Assembly (NCBI RefSeq): GCF_006345805.1
Contig: NC_043001.1
Span: 61,318,001 to 61,382,000, forward strand
DNA: 64,000 bases
DNA from: Octopus sinensis
Taxonomy: Eukaryota
Direction of reading: 5' to 3'
Numbering within the stretch: position 1 is the stretch's first letter; each line of letters opens with the position of its first letter. This document shows, piece after piece, positions 13,041 through 26,835 of the stretch. A program made the position numbers and the translations under genes. Below the pieces are notes generated by a model. The model was not told the origin of the DNA, did no database searches, and saw nothing but the letters and a program-made list of their open reading frames with translations.

Positions 13041-13539
13041 GAACTAAGCAAAAGTATAGAAAGAATAGTAATCGCCCTGTGAGATTTGATGATTATTGTG
13101 CTGTAATATTACCGATGCAGTGTCATAGTTCTTTTCTCTTTTTACATAGCATGGTCGATATTTATTTCTAATATTGCGCCTATTATACGGGTGTAGTATG
13201 TCCGGCAAAATGACTGGATCGTTGAAAAGTAGTTGCGAATATTTATTCCAATTCTTTACGTTCTGAGTTCAAATTCCACTGAAGTCAGATTTACCTTTTA
13301 TCTATTTTAGGTTGATAAAATATAGCACCATCCAAGTCCTCGGTTCGTTGTATTTCTACCCTACATAAATACTCGCCTTCACCCTGAACTAGAAATTATT
13401 ATTGGTGCTGTGGTTCTTACTGTTGATATTTTTCGTTACTGTAGCTGAAAGTATTTTGGAAGCTCCGTGGCACTATGGCTTGTTCCGAATAGGTTGATGC
13501 ATTTTGTTACCACCCAGAACAAAACTTTGGAAGTAAAAA

Positions 13540-14420
13540 GGAACTTTTGCTTTGCAAATCAAATACGTTTAAAATGGCTTCCACATATTCACCCAAGACA
13601 GCCATGAGGAGTGTGGGATGGGTGGTAATTTTGCAATGGATATAGTAATATGCTGTCAACGCCTTTGAAGCTACAGCATTACAGCCGTAGTAGTGAACTG
13701 AGTAGTAAAACGGAAGTAAGAAAAAAATAAACAACAGAAGCAACAACACCAACAGATAAAAGCATGAATACCTCCAACGGAGCAGCGAAATCTGGAAAAA
13801 GCAGAATGACCTGAAAAAAAAGGCTACACGCACGATCCCATTGTAACTTATGGGACAAGCCGAGCAAAGAACATGTGTGTTTGGATCAATACTAATGAAA
13901 AAAAATAGGTTGGAGTGAATATGTTCAAGAACGAGCAGAAAATATCCAAGGACATCGAGGTTTTTACAAATCCCAGGCGATTTGGTTATTTACAAGTAAT
14001 TTTTCAATAGGAAACAATTGCCATGAATTAGAGTGAGTTCAACTCCACGTAGGAAAGGTATATCACACTGATAGAAACCTACCTTGGAGAGACCAAGATG
14101 ATAGTTTTGAATATACCATCAGAAATAGATTTCTGGTGGGTGTAAAATGTATTGTATAGTGAAAATCAACATTCTTAGCGATATAAAAACACTGAGAGGA
14201 CAATTACATCGGGATGTATTTAGAGATCCTATACCAGGTGAAATCTGAGGTACTGGACAAGACCCTTCATAAAAACCCCAGGAGAGCAGAAGATGTTATT
14301 TGTAGTGCAGAGTAGAAAACCCATGAGCGAAAAGCTGTTGAAGCACCAATCACATCAATGCTATCTACCAAACAATAGACAAATGACAGAAAGTTTAAAG
14401 ACTTAACCTAGTGCCACCAC
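13540..14420 (+). mobile_element. Probable highly decayed RTE-like LINE 5' region
   Basis: Only scattered residues resembling APE motifs; many stops. Confidence 0.25.
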
Positions 14421-14846
14421 CAGAAGAACAACAGCATCAAATACACCAGCAGGTAAACAGCAACAGGGAGCAACCACGGCGATAGCGATTACTGCACGAA
14501 TTAGAAACAATACCTACAACTTCTACAGCAACAGCAAAACGCATCAGTTGATGCGACAGCAACAATATCGAACATCATTAAATGCTGCTTCTTTTATTGG
14601 ATCTCGACATACAACAGCGCCGAAATAAAAGGTATTTTCTTTAGCAGAAATTAATACCTTTCGAGAGAAATTAGAATATGTATGCATATATTTATTTGAA
14701 TATGTAAACCTAGAAGTTTCCCCAATGTATTTCTTCAATCTAAGCATCATACAGAAACACACATCCACCGATACACACACAGATACATGTGTATGTGTAC
14801 GCATATATGCATGTATGTAGGTATGTGTGTGTATGTATGTATGCAC

Positions 14847-14884
<38 letters not shown>

Positions 14885-14886
<2 letters not shown>

Positions 14887-15098
14887 CGCTTTTAGATTTG
14901 GTTTGCAAGATTTATATGAGTTCGTGTGTTGAAGCATATTCTCTTGTGTCTGGGGAGAGTCATTCTCTTTTAGTGCCTTATTATTTAACACACTGACCGG
15001 TAACATTTCCACTTATTTCTTATTTTTATTTTCTAAAATTTACGTTGCGTCTTGCAACCAAGGTTGCAAGGTTGCAACCAAGGTTGCAAGACGCAACG
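14885..15098. repeat. (TA)n-flanked PLE-like terminal fragment ending in a 56-bp palindrome
   Basis: cgttgcgtcttgcaacc (15043-15059) inverted at 15082-15098; (TA)n on both sides. Confidence 0.6.
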
Positions 15099-15128
15099 AA
15101 TATATATATATATATATATAACACAACA

Positions 15129-15173
<45 letters not shown>

Positions 15174-17334
15174 CAAAAATAAGGATGAAAAATTGGATAT
15201 TAATTTAATAATACCATCAATTTAACACCAAGTGGCTTAGCGCATAAAACCCGGGATACAATAAAAATTTATACACAAATATATATTTGTATATATATAT
15301 ACCCTGACACGCAGATGCACAAACAATAAAGATACAAATATAAATTATCACGATATTCATACACAAATACTCACGACTGCACGGAATAACATATTTCAAT
15401 ATATGTATAAACAAACACCGGAAGAGGGAGATTATGGTAGGGGAGAATATTCTGTATTTCTATTTATGTTGCCTTTCGAAGGTACAAAGGAAATAGTTGT
15501 TTATTACTTTTTTCAAAATAATTCAAATTTATTATCTTCAAGATACAACCCATGTAGTATTTTTATTCTAATGAATTAATGAGAATTCGGACATGGTGTT
15601 AATTAAATTTGACCTGGAGATGATCACCGTAAAGAAGAGACATAGAATAACCAGAGTGGTGACATGACCCCATGGGCAATTTAACTTCTCTAATGTTGTG
15701 AGGTAGAGATTAATAAGCTGTGTAGTCTGAAAAGAAAGGGTAGTAAAGCATGTTCGGTAGATAGAGGAAAGTAGGAGAGGAAGAGAGGAAGTTCAGTAGG
15801 TAGAGGAGGAAGAGTGTCAAAGGGAAACGCAAACGAAAATACAGAGAAAACAGAGATAGAGATAGAGACAGACAGACCGGCATATAGATATAGAGAGAGT
15901 GGAGGACTCATAGATGGACAGGAGGATTGACAGAGAATTGACAGAAATAGAAGGAGATTAAGTTAAAAAGCGAGTAAGCAAAAATAGAGAGTGGTAAAAT
16001 GGGAGAGAGAAAAGCAAACAGAAGAAACAGACAGAGAAACAAACGGACAGACAGAAATATAGATATCTAAAGAGGGGATGACTGATAGAAAGGGGAAATA
16101 ATAAGTAAAAGAGAGAGTAAATAAACATAGAAAGAAGAAGAGTGGGAGAGTATAGGAGTAAAATAGAGAGTCTATCAAAATGTGAATATGAAAAGGTCCT
16201 CGAGTAAATAATGTTTTTAAAAAATCATATTATTATAATTATCAATTATTATGCTATAAAACTTATATGAAAATAAAGGTTATATAATACAATGAATAAT
16301 ATTAAACAAGTTTAAGAAAGTTAATGGGAATTAAAAATTGAAAAAATCGATATTTTTAATGTGCGGTTAGGCTACGGAATTATAGTCAAGACTGGTTTGA
16401 GTTCGAGCCAACATTTTGTTGGGTCGAGCGATAAATGTGCTTGGCCGCTTAGAAATCGTCAATAAGAAATAATTTATAATATATGTTCTTTGTATATTAG
16501 AGATAGTAATGGTATAATAAAATTCAGTTGGTAGTTTTAATAGCAGTAGCTATGTACATCGAAACAGCATAGATTAATAGCTGAAAAATGATGGAGTCAT
16601 TTAATGATAAATATGCTTCTAGTAAGTTGGCATGCTCACTTCTAAAACTTTTTCAACTTAGTCAAATAACTACATATCTTTCAATGAATATTGGTGATTT
16701 ATTTCACCATTTATTAATCTATATAACATTTAGTCGTTTTTCGCATAATCGTAGTTATGGGTGTATTTATTTTTGCAAAAGTGTAATGTCTTATTAATTA
16801 TATTCCAAAGCAAATGACGTCATAAATGAGAAAAGTTTGTATTATATTTATATACATATTTATTTATTTTTGTTCTATAGGATCAGAATCGGCAATTATC
16901 TATTACACATTTCGATATTTTTCGGATATCAAAAAATACATAGTTGAATAGAACTTTCCAGTTGAGTATATTTTATAAATATTATATCTTTCATTGATGT
17001 AAATAAGCTTTGTATTTCTGCAAAACTCGTAATATTCATGTAAGTATTAAAAGAAAACACCATGTTTTCTACGCTAGAAAATTTGATTTCAATTGAAATA
17101 TGAAGTTTGCACATCAAACATCGGGGCGATTTTCATGAAATGAGAATTGAATAAGTAGATATTTGGTAGAAGACGTTGATTTTTGGCCATCCAGTTTTAT
17201 ATGGGCTTTTCTTGAATTATTTTCGTCAATATATCATTCAAGTTAGCATGTGATCTTACGATGTTCTTAATATTTGAAATGCGGAGTAGATACTACTACA
17301 GTGATATCCCTTCTACAGCATATTTGTCAGCGTC

Positions 17335-17505
17335 ACCACCATCATCATCATGTTCGTCATAATCCTAATGATAATTATCGTCGTCGTCAACATCGTCGTC
17401 ATCATCAACAGCATCACCATCATCCTCACCATCATTATCACAATACTCAGCAGCAGTAGCATCTCCATTGTCGTCATCATCGTCATCATCATCATCACCA
17501 TCACT
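17335..17505. repeat. Imperfect (CAT/CAC/CGT)n tract
   Basis: Read directly; produces spurious poly-His/Met ORFs. Confidence 0.85.
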
Positions 17506-18689
17506 GTGTAAGTGCTACATCTGCATCGGATAAGATGGTGCACACATCGTACCATATATCCCCTCAATGTTGTGTGCCCTAAATTCTTCATGAGTCGCGA
17601 CACAGTTGCCCACTCAGTCATTTAACTAGGATCAGTATTTTCTTCATGAATCTAGTTGCAGTAACATACATGCAGAATATCTGAGTACTGATACAAGCTA
17701 GAGATTAAACTCTGGACCTAGCGATGCTCACTGTTTACACCCGTAGGAGAATATGGTGTCAGAAGCTGCTTTTAAGTTTATGAACACAATTGAAATTCTT
17801 AATCGAATCATCAACTAAATATTCTTGATTATATTTTATCAGTAAATCTATATAATCTGCTTGTTCGTTCGCCCGTTATACTTTAGTTAGTAAGAGACGT
17901 AGAGGTGGAGAGAGTGAGTGGTGGAGTAAAAGTGAGAGAAAGGGGAGAAAAGTGAGTAGAGAAGAATGAATTGAGGAAGAAGTAGAAAAAGATGTATAAT
18001 AAGGCTAAATGCGTCATGTGATTAGTTGAGGAGAGAGGGTAAAAAAATCGAGAGAAGAAAACGGTGAGAAAAGAGGGAGAGAGAAGTGTTAACGACGTGA
18101 TGTAGGGTGGAGAGGGAAAGGTAAAGAGAAAGATATATGTTTAGGATACAATATTCAGCAGAGGGTGATGTTCCGGTCGTTAGGTTAAAGAAAGGCAAAT
18201 AGAGAGTGATAAATACATTGAGAGAGTGAGAGAGGCATATATAATTTCTATTGTCAGAGTAGAGAGACATCGACGGCAATGAAAGTACAAGTTGCTATTT
18301 CTTCTAATCTTTTATTATTTTGGTACATTCTGTCATTGGATTATAATATTATTTATGTACCATTTTCAGGGCGGAGTCTATTAGAATAATCGATGTAATC
18401 ATTTTGCTAAGCTACTGATTTGATTGAACGTTATTTATGGAAACACTACGTTATGCAACACATGGGAACATAACATAAAACATCGCTTTTAGTAATTCTA
18501 AATATCAACAAAATTAAGGACGAAATACATAGATTAAGCTACCGAAACATCGATCACACCTACGCTAAAGTTCTCATCAGACTTATATTCTTTACTTGTG
18601 TCATTTTTAGTTACTATTTAAGAGATTACAAATACGTAAACATATATTAACAACACTTTATGAAATGTGATACTGCTGCTAATAATATT

Positions 18690-18732
18690 GCAATACCAAT
18701 AACAACAACAACAACAATAATGATGATGATGA

Positions 18733-18773
<41 letters not shown>

Positions 18774-18873
18774 TAATAATAATATAATAATAATAATAAT
18801 AATAACAATAATAATAATAATGATGATGATAATGATAAACAACAACAACAACAACAATAATAACAATAATAAT

Positions 18874-18919
<46 letters not shown>

Positions 18920-18935
18920 TAATAATAATAATAAA
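18690..18935. repeat. (AAT/AAC/GAT)n microsatellite
   Basis: Read directly from sequence. Confidence 0.95.
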
Positions 18936-19595
18936 TTCCTTTATCCAGTATGGGACAGTGGCTCTCATGGCTTCTGATCTTAGATTGGAAGTTTTATCAT
19001 GTACATTGTTTTGTCTTGGAATAAAAGATGGCCTACAGCAATTGTTTGACCTTCACCGGTTGATATGTGCATCTCAGACCACGAGCAAAAGTGGTGAGAA
19101 AGCATCATAACCATGTGTAGAGAGGAATTCTTTCGAGTTTGGATATACCCCCTCCTCTGCAAACATAGGTGTTTAGTTCAACATACTTAAACAACTCTTA
19201 TTCAGGGCTGAAGTAGTGGAGGAGCATCATAGCCATGTGTTGAAAGGAAATCTTAGAAGTTTGGATAATTCACCTTTGCAAACACGAGTGGTTCGTTCAA
19301 CACCCTTAAACAATCCTTCTTCAGGGATCTTTTGAGCGGGAGGGGCTACTCGACCTGAAGAAAATTCTAAATAGGCCCCCACCTGCAAGATCATGCACTG
19401 TTAATCTTGATATGAGATCACATGTCGTGCACACATGGTTGTGATGCAGGTGCCTGGCGTACACTTACTAGACGGATAGTCATGATGGGTATACTGGGCT
19501 TTGTATATTTTACCCCAGTGTCACTTTGATGGCATTTACTGATCTCTCACTCAATAATAATAATAATATTAATAATAATTATAGTAATAATAATT

Positions 19596-19665
<70 letters not shown>

Positions 19666-19669
19666 TCTA

Positions 19670-19870
19670 TCCTATTAGAGGCACAAGGCCTAAAACTTTA
19701 GGGGGTGGGATAGTCGACTACGTCTACCCAAATGTTTCACTGGTACTTAATATATCGACCCCGAAAGAATGAATGTCAAAGTCGACCTCGGCGGAATTTT
19801 CAACTCAGAACGTGAGGATAAACGAAATAACGCTAAACATTTCACCCGGCGTGCTAATAATTCTGCGAAA
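19670..19870 (-). mobile_element. tRNA-derived SINE, family 1, between (TAA)n tracts
   Basis: tcgaccccgaaag...aaagtcgacctcggcggaattt...aactcagaacgt...cccggcgtgctaa. Confidence 0.8.
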
Positions 19871-19871
19871 T

Positions 19872-19872
19872 A

Positions 19873-19920
<48 letters not shown>

Positions 19921-20498
19921 TAATAATAATAATGATAATAATAAGAAGAAGGAGAAGAAAAAGAAAGAAAAAAAAAGAAAAAGAAAAAGAAGAAGAAGAA
20001 GAAAAAGAAAAAGAAAAAGAAAAAGAAAAAGAAAAAGAAAAAGGAAAAGAAAAAAAAAGAAAAAGAAAAAGAAGAAGAAGAAGAAGAAGAAGAAGAAGAA
20101 AAAGAAGAAGAAAAAGAAAAAGAAAAAGAAAAAGAAAAAGAAAAAGAAAAAGAAAAAGAAACAGAAACAGAAAAAGAAAAAGAAACAGAAAAAGAAAAAG
20201 AAAAAGAAAAAGAAAAGAAAAAGAAAAAGAAGAAGAAAGAAGAAGAAGAGAAGAAGAAGAAAAAGAAAAGAGAAAAAGAAGAAAAAGAAAAAAGAAGAAA
20301 AGAAGAAAAAGAAGAAGAAGAAAAAGAAGAAAAGAAGAAAAAGAAGAAAAAGAAGAAGAAGAGAAGAAAAAGAAGAAAAAAAAGAAAAAAGAAGAAGAAG
20401 AAGAAGAAGAAGAAGAAGAAGAGAAAAAAGAAAGAAAAAGAAGAAAAGAAGAAGAAGAAGAAGAAGAAGAAGAAGAAGAAGAAGAAGAAGAATAAGAA

Positions 20499-20529
<31 letters not shown>

Positions 20530-20560
20530 AAGAAGAAGAAGAAGAAGAAGAAGAAGAACA
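19872..20560. repeat. (TAA)n followed by ~640-bp (GAA/GAAAAA)n polypurine tract
   Basis: Read directly; explains the K/E/R and L/F/S ORFs. Confidence 0.97.
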
Positions 20561-20569
20561 GAAAAAGCT

Positions 20570-20970
20570 AAGCACATGAAAACCCGTGCTAAAACTGATG
20601 CCTTAGATATTCTGAATGATAAATGGCAAGAAAAAACTCACTATGACAAATACCCAAAGAGAGCGAATAGTGCATATGTTGACAAAGCCCTGACCCAACA
20701 ATGGCTAATGGCTTCTGGCTTAAAATCTGAAACAGAAGGGTTTATCATAGCAGCTCAAGATCGATGCCTACCAACAAGGAACTATCAGACCAACATATTA
20801 AAGAACGGCAGTAGCCCAACATGTCGTGTATGTCAACAACAAAATGAAACCATTGATCATGTTGTCTCCAAGTGCACCCTTCTAGCGCCTACAGAGTATC
20901 TCAACAGGCATGATAGAGCTGCACAATATATTCACTGGGTATTTTGCAAAAATCTGGATTTGCCCCATGA
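20570..20970 (+). mobile_element. R4/Dong fragment (post-RT region and CCHC knuckle), uninterrupted 132 codons
   Basis: QWLMASGLKSETEGFIIAAQDRCLPTRNY...CRVCQQQNETIDHVVSKC...YLNRHDRAAQYIHW. Confidence 0.9.
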
Positions 20971-20978
20971 ATAATAAC

Positions 20979-21010
<32 letters not shown>

Positions 21011-21024
21011 TAATGATGATGATG

Positions 21025-21061
<37 letters not shown>

Positions 21062-21150
21062 GAATAATAATAATAATGAGAAGAAGAAGAAGAGAAGAAG
21101 AAGAAGAAGAAGAAGAAGAAGAAGAAGAAGAAGAAGAAGAAAATAATAAG
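20970..21150. repeat. (AAT)n/(GAA)n microsatellite
   Basis: Read directly from sequence. Confidence 0.95.
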
Positions 21151-21619
21151 AAGGAAGGCGGCTGGATGTGACAGAGGATGGATGTATTTTTACGATGCTC
21201 TGAACTGGCAACAGCGAACCCAGCAGCTTTGTCACTTGAAAGAAGTAAATGGGACGCACGCAACAGGTACAAACAAAAACAGAAAGTTAGCATATTAATA
21301 TTATTGATAATTATAACTATCATTATAATAATGGATTCGAATCATTTTGCTTGGGGTTTTAACGATTCTGCCATCTCAGTAATAACAACTAGGAGTACCC
21401 GTGGAATTTCCACGGTTATTTTGAATATTGCATGATGAAATAGTACATTTTTCCTTAATATTTTATTCTAAAGGTGTAAAAATCAACAAACGCAGTGCTG
21501 AAAAGGCAATCAATCAAACGAGCATACAATCTGTCAAGCTATCTCTCTATATATATCTATTTACCGATCTCTCTAACTAATTACCTACGTACCAACCATT
21601 TTTTTTATCGGGGCATCAT

Positions 21620-21960
21620 CCAGTCAGGCGGATTGCCCGAGCCAACCTGACTACCTCTCTCCATCCCTCCCGATCTTCCATAAGTGTTTTTAAGTCTTGA
21701 ACTCAGCATTCAACATCTTCTAGAAATTGTTGTAAATACGTCTTCCGTATTTGGTGTCTACAGCAACTTATTACTCTCAAGTTCTTCCTTACTTCTCCAG
21801 CAGAGGCCAGCAAACCTCAATCTCCGCTCTTGGATGGTTGATGAGAAAGTTAGTATATTTTCACATAACCGTTGTTTTGTTGGGTGCTCCCTCCAAGAGA
21901 TATGGAGCACACCACATAACATTCTGGTATAGGCACCGTCCAGCCTGCACCTGAGTCTCT
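21620..21960 (-). mobile_element. RTE-clade LINE 3' fragment
   Basis: Minus strand: LDGAYTRMLCGVLHISWREHPTKQRL...IQERRLRFAGLCWRSKEE. Confidence 0.75.
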
Positions 21961-22450
21961 TGGTGAGAGTCGAGGTCGGACCAATCTAACTACCTACCTA
22001 TCTATCTTCCTATCTATCTATTTATCATATTCTATTTACATTTCTTTCGATGTATGTATCTGTCTACGGAGAAATGTTAAAACCAAATAACTAACAAGAA
22101 AACTAGATAATTGCGGTGCCACTGCATGGCCTCAGCTTAAAGAGGTAAAAGTAACATCCACAGCTATTTCCTAAGGTTATTTTACTTTGACTTAATTATG
22201 TGTAGATTTATCGAGTCATCCGCAGTAACAACAACTAAACTTTTAATTTTATTGTCTGTCTGGAATACGTGAAAGTTAAAAGTGTACCATCCGCACCTAA
22301 CTGTTAACAAAAGATATTTCACTTCAAATTAATTATCTATCAATACATCTTTTAAAGCGTAAATTTATAGTTCTTCGCAATATTAATTTTTTATTATGTT
22401 TAACATTTCTCTTGTGCCTACGATTTTAATACACAAATGCACAATGATGT

Positions 22451-22490
<40 letters not shown>

Positions 22491-24269
22491 ATGATATAGG
22501 TTTTCTCCCTCTTTCTCTCTCTCTTTCTTGTTTTTGTTTTCTATTTTTCACTGATTTCACTATTCTCATTTCGTTTCTTTCTATGTTTCTCTTTCTCCGT
22601 CCTTAGATATATATATATATATTTCTCCATTCGAGTTATTACCTCCCTTGGCGTAATAGTAACACGCGGATAAAACAGACAGAAATACAGGAACGTGCAG
22701 AATAATATTAGAGATATTGGTTTCGAATTTCGGCATAAGTACAGCGAGTTCATGGGAGGCTGCAACTCGATTACATTGACCCCAGAGTTAAACTGGTACA
22801 TAGTTTATCAAATCCCGAGGGGGGAAGGCAAATATCTAAGCTCTATGTGGGGTTAACAGATAACACTGAAATCAGAACTTTTCTAGTACTTTATTTTATT
22901 AGTTCTACAGAGATAAATGGCTGAGTTAACCACGGCGAGTTTTGCATTCCGGGTGTAAAAATTCAGGGACAAATGATTCCCTTTTATTAGCCTTCTGATT
23001 ACTGTCAAGAACTACAACTATATGAAACGCTTTTAAATGAGAAAATAATCACTCCACCTGAAATATACAACTACGAATGCGTTTCCTCTTTATATCTGTT
23101 CTACCCTTCTCCTACAATGAATTAGTAAAAAGATTACCGTTCTGAACAAACATACTAATTACACAGAACTCATCTGCTTTTCATTTTACATACCTGATCA
23201 ATTCTTTAGTACTACACAGTATTACTTCAACTCACCGGAAATCGTTCTCTAGTAATGTTATCTAGAAACAAGGAGCACAATTTGTTTAGGCTGATATCAA
23301 TAGACTTTTCTTTTGAGTATGAGTGCAACCTCGTCTGCAAAGAGGAGGATCACGCTTAATTTGAGAGAATAAACCACGCATATTTTCATTCAAAATAGTA
23401 GTTTGTATCATTAACGATCGTTATAATTTTAGCTTCATTTCCCAAAATTTTCAGTTTTTTCAAACTTTTTTTGTCTTCAAAGTTTTCTTTGATTATCTAC
23501 CCAACAGCAAGCATTGAGTTCTCTGGAAATGCACTAAAAAGAATATTCACATTTTAACTGTAGTAATTACATTTTAAAACAATATAAAGCAATAGGTTCA
23601 CAACATACCTACAAAGAAGTACAACAGCATTTTTGTTGTAAAAACTGTTTAATAGATTTTAAAATCAATTGGAAAAATAAAAACTTCTGATGTTTCATAG
23701 AAGGAATGGGTGTTCAAATTTATTCAAATAATTTTGCATTCATAACATCTGCTGATATCCATTTCCCAAAATATGGGGAAATAACTGCGTAATAGTGGGA
23801 GCGGGGTATATTTGGCTGAAAAGTAATCCTTTCTACTATAGGCACAAATCCACTATATTCCTAAATACCAGCGTCACACTTGCTGGAAATGAAACATAGA
23901 CATTTTCCCTGTAACCATTAAAACTCCAAAGTTTGACGGCATTCCGTCTCATAATGCCTTTGTTTTCCAACACTGGATATATGTACGTGCGAGCATACGT
24001 ACATGCATGCGTGTGTGTGTTTGTGTGTGTGCTTGTGTTTGTGTGTTTGTGTGTGTGTGTGTGTTTGTGTGTGTATGTGTGTGTGTGTGTGTGTGGTGTG
24101 TGTGTGTGTGTGTAGGTAAAATTGAATATCAACAATTTTTATGAATTTCATGGGAGATCAGTCAGCATTTATACCATGATAAATAAAATTATAATTGATA
24201 CCCACTAAGTTGCAGCGAAAACTGCAGCTTTTGAAATTAGTAACCACGAATCAATATTTTGTTCAGAAT

Positions 24270-26395
24270 TAGGGTTAAAAGAAAGGTGTATAAAAATTAA
24301 ATATTTTTTCAACGTAATTGAAAATCGCTAGTTTTGGTCAAATTTTGGATTTCATGGATTATAAGTCATAACGAATATATATTTTTACATAGCAGAATGC
24401 AAAACTGTAAATATGGTATCCTTAAGAGGTTGCATACCAAGTTTCTATACAATTGACTAATATCATAAGGTTACGCATTGAATATAAATAGAACGGGAGT
24501 GTGAACTTGTCTCCAGTGCCGCTGCAACGGTCGTTGTGTGTGAACGTACGTCGTACGTGTATGAAGTTTTCATCTTTGTACCTTGACTTTAAGACATTCT
24601 ATTAAAATTAATGATCGCGTTAAATTTAGTGTTCTTTACATTTAGTGATGACTCATAAGCTAATAATGCGTCATGACACTGAATACCCAATATTTGATAC
24701 TCCATGTGACCTTAACGAGCTAGTTTTGCCAACTTACAAGGACGTTCTCAAATTTATTTGGACAAGAAAACAAAAACAATGTAGTTAAAAAAGATCCTTT
24801 AATCAAACAAATCGTCAAGGTTGCAACAGAAAAGGTAATTCATTGGCAAAAGGCATCTCTCCCTTTTACCATGATTGAGTCAGTTAAACCGGAAATCTTA
24901 GACTTTTATCTAAAGTACCAAACATTACTAAAATCTGTGAAAAATGAAAAAAAATGTGTCATCGTTTCAAACCAAGTTTAATGCGTTTAAAAACAATGCA
25001 ACAAAAGATTTAATTGACATTTCCTACTGCAAGTGCAACTCCTTGACAAACTGCAGTTGTAATGGAGAACCACAGAGAGAACAAAATTTCTTTACAGAAT
25101 CAACGGACAAATTGAAAATTGTTCATTCGCGGAACAGATCAAGCAGTATCAAAACAGAACGTTCAGAGGTTGATTAGAAAGAATCGGCCAGGTCACATTC
25201 ACCCTTCTACATCAGGAAGAGATTCTGAATTGATAGCCCTTTCCTCAAGCAGTGAATTTGGATCAGCAGATGAAGATTTTCCAATTCCATTTTCCCTGTA
25301 ACGAAAAGACGTCAGCAAAAACGTAAGTCCAAATACTCCAATAAAACGAATGAAATTCCCAGAACTAGCTTCTGCCTGTGACCGCACCGGTGTGTCAGAC
25401 CGTGCTGCTGCTCTTACAAGTTCGGTCATCAGCGACTTAACAGCAAGTAGATCTGGTGAATGCTGTTTCGTTATAGACAGAACAATAGTAAGGCGGAAAC
25501 GATCCAGTGACAACAGTCGAGACGGTTTCATTAGGAGTCGAATTGAACCAAGAGAAAAATTTTGATACGCTGTACTCAGATACTAGAGAATCACATGCAC
25601 ATATATAAGAGAAAAATTTCATGTGTGCTAGACAAAAAAGGACTTCAAATTGAAAGATAATACAGCAATAATCAATTAGAATCGTTTAGTTTTAGCTATT
25701 TTGAACAAAACAAACAATTAGAAATATGTGGTTTTAGGAATTTACAAAACAACAAATCTTTGAATGTTCCAGTAATGGAGATTCAGATGCTAATTCTACG
25801 AAAAACATTAATTGACTTTACTACTGGAACGGAAAGGAATGCACTGCGGCGATTCGTATTATTTAGTGACAGGGATTTATTTCGAATAAAATGAGATGGA
25901 AATGTTAATTATTTTTATCACCGAAACGTGTCAAGAATCAAAAATTGGTTTACACGTAATTTTATTCTAATGTGTGTGTAATCTAGACCTCATGTCACAC
26001 ATATATTCGTTGACCTTATATATTAAAAATAATAAAGAAAACAAAGTCGGAAAGTCTATTTATTTCACATAATTTCGAAATATTAAGTGCATTGCGGAGC
26101 TTGAAGGTATAAATTCTAGAGCTTGTGATTTTAACAGTTTTGTTTCTTACAAATTTTGCAAAGGTTAATTAATTCGTAACAATGAATGTGAAAACAAAAT
26201 GAGTAACGGCAAACATGCTACAAATTGATTTTTCGCGTATTATTCAAAATTTTAAGTGGGCTGCCGAGCTTAAGGCTGTAAATTTACGAACTTCAGATTT
26301 CAACACAGTTGTTTTAAAGGATTTCACAATAAAAAATATATTCTCAAAAACATATTTCGAAAATCTATGTAAAAAATACCTTTTCGTTCCGCCCT
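24270..26395 (+). mobile_element. Decayed DNA transposon, hAT-like (possibly hATm); frameshifted transposase about 24670-25700
   Basis: LPTYKDVLK, WQKASLP, IDISYCKC...CSC, FLQNQR..LFI, LASACDRTGVSDRAAA..SSVISD...VIDRTIVRR; weak terminal similarity tagggttaaaagaaagg (~24268) vs cttttcgttccgcccta (~26380). Family assignment from memory. Confidence 0.55.
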
Positions 26396-26835
26396 AATAC
26401 CCATCTTTCTTATAATTTTCACAAATCTCAGTATGTACACCGGTATGTATTTGAATGTATTGTTTCATATAACTGGCGCCTGCATTTATATTCCAGATTT
26501 ATAAAGCGGAAAACAATATTTAGCAATATGCTATGTAATGTTTTTGCCGTGATGACTGGATTTATTTTTTGTCCATCCATTTAAATACATTCAATATAGG
26601 TTAGACAGAGCTATTTGCCCAGCCTTCGTTTCTAGACCATAGTATAAGTGCATTGGACATCGTAAATAGAAAAAATAAAGTTTTAGTCATTTGAAATCCT
26701 AGAAAGAAATGTGTACCAATATTATTGTTTTAGGAAAATATAATCTTTTGTATTTTATAACATCATTTTCGCAAAAGTTATGATAAATGTGAAATATGTG
26801 AACTTGTTCTACTTGTTATATCACTTTGATTTATA

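Noticed and set aside
14544-14760. KKYIGETSR as a GIY-YIG gene
   Set aside because: Isolated motif next to a microsatellite with no other domain residues
17274-17621. Poly-His and poly-Met ORFs
   Set aside because: Imperfect CAT microsatellite with no splice or start support
19100-19330. ~120-bp tandem duplication with HHR-like words on the minus strand
   Set aside because: GAAC instead of GAAA and extra bases before stem II; likely a SINE/LINE internal duplication
19747-21323. Long ORFs rich in L/F/S or K/R/E
   Set aside because: Translations of GAA/TAA microsatellites
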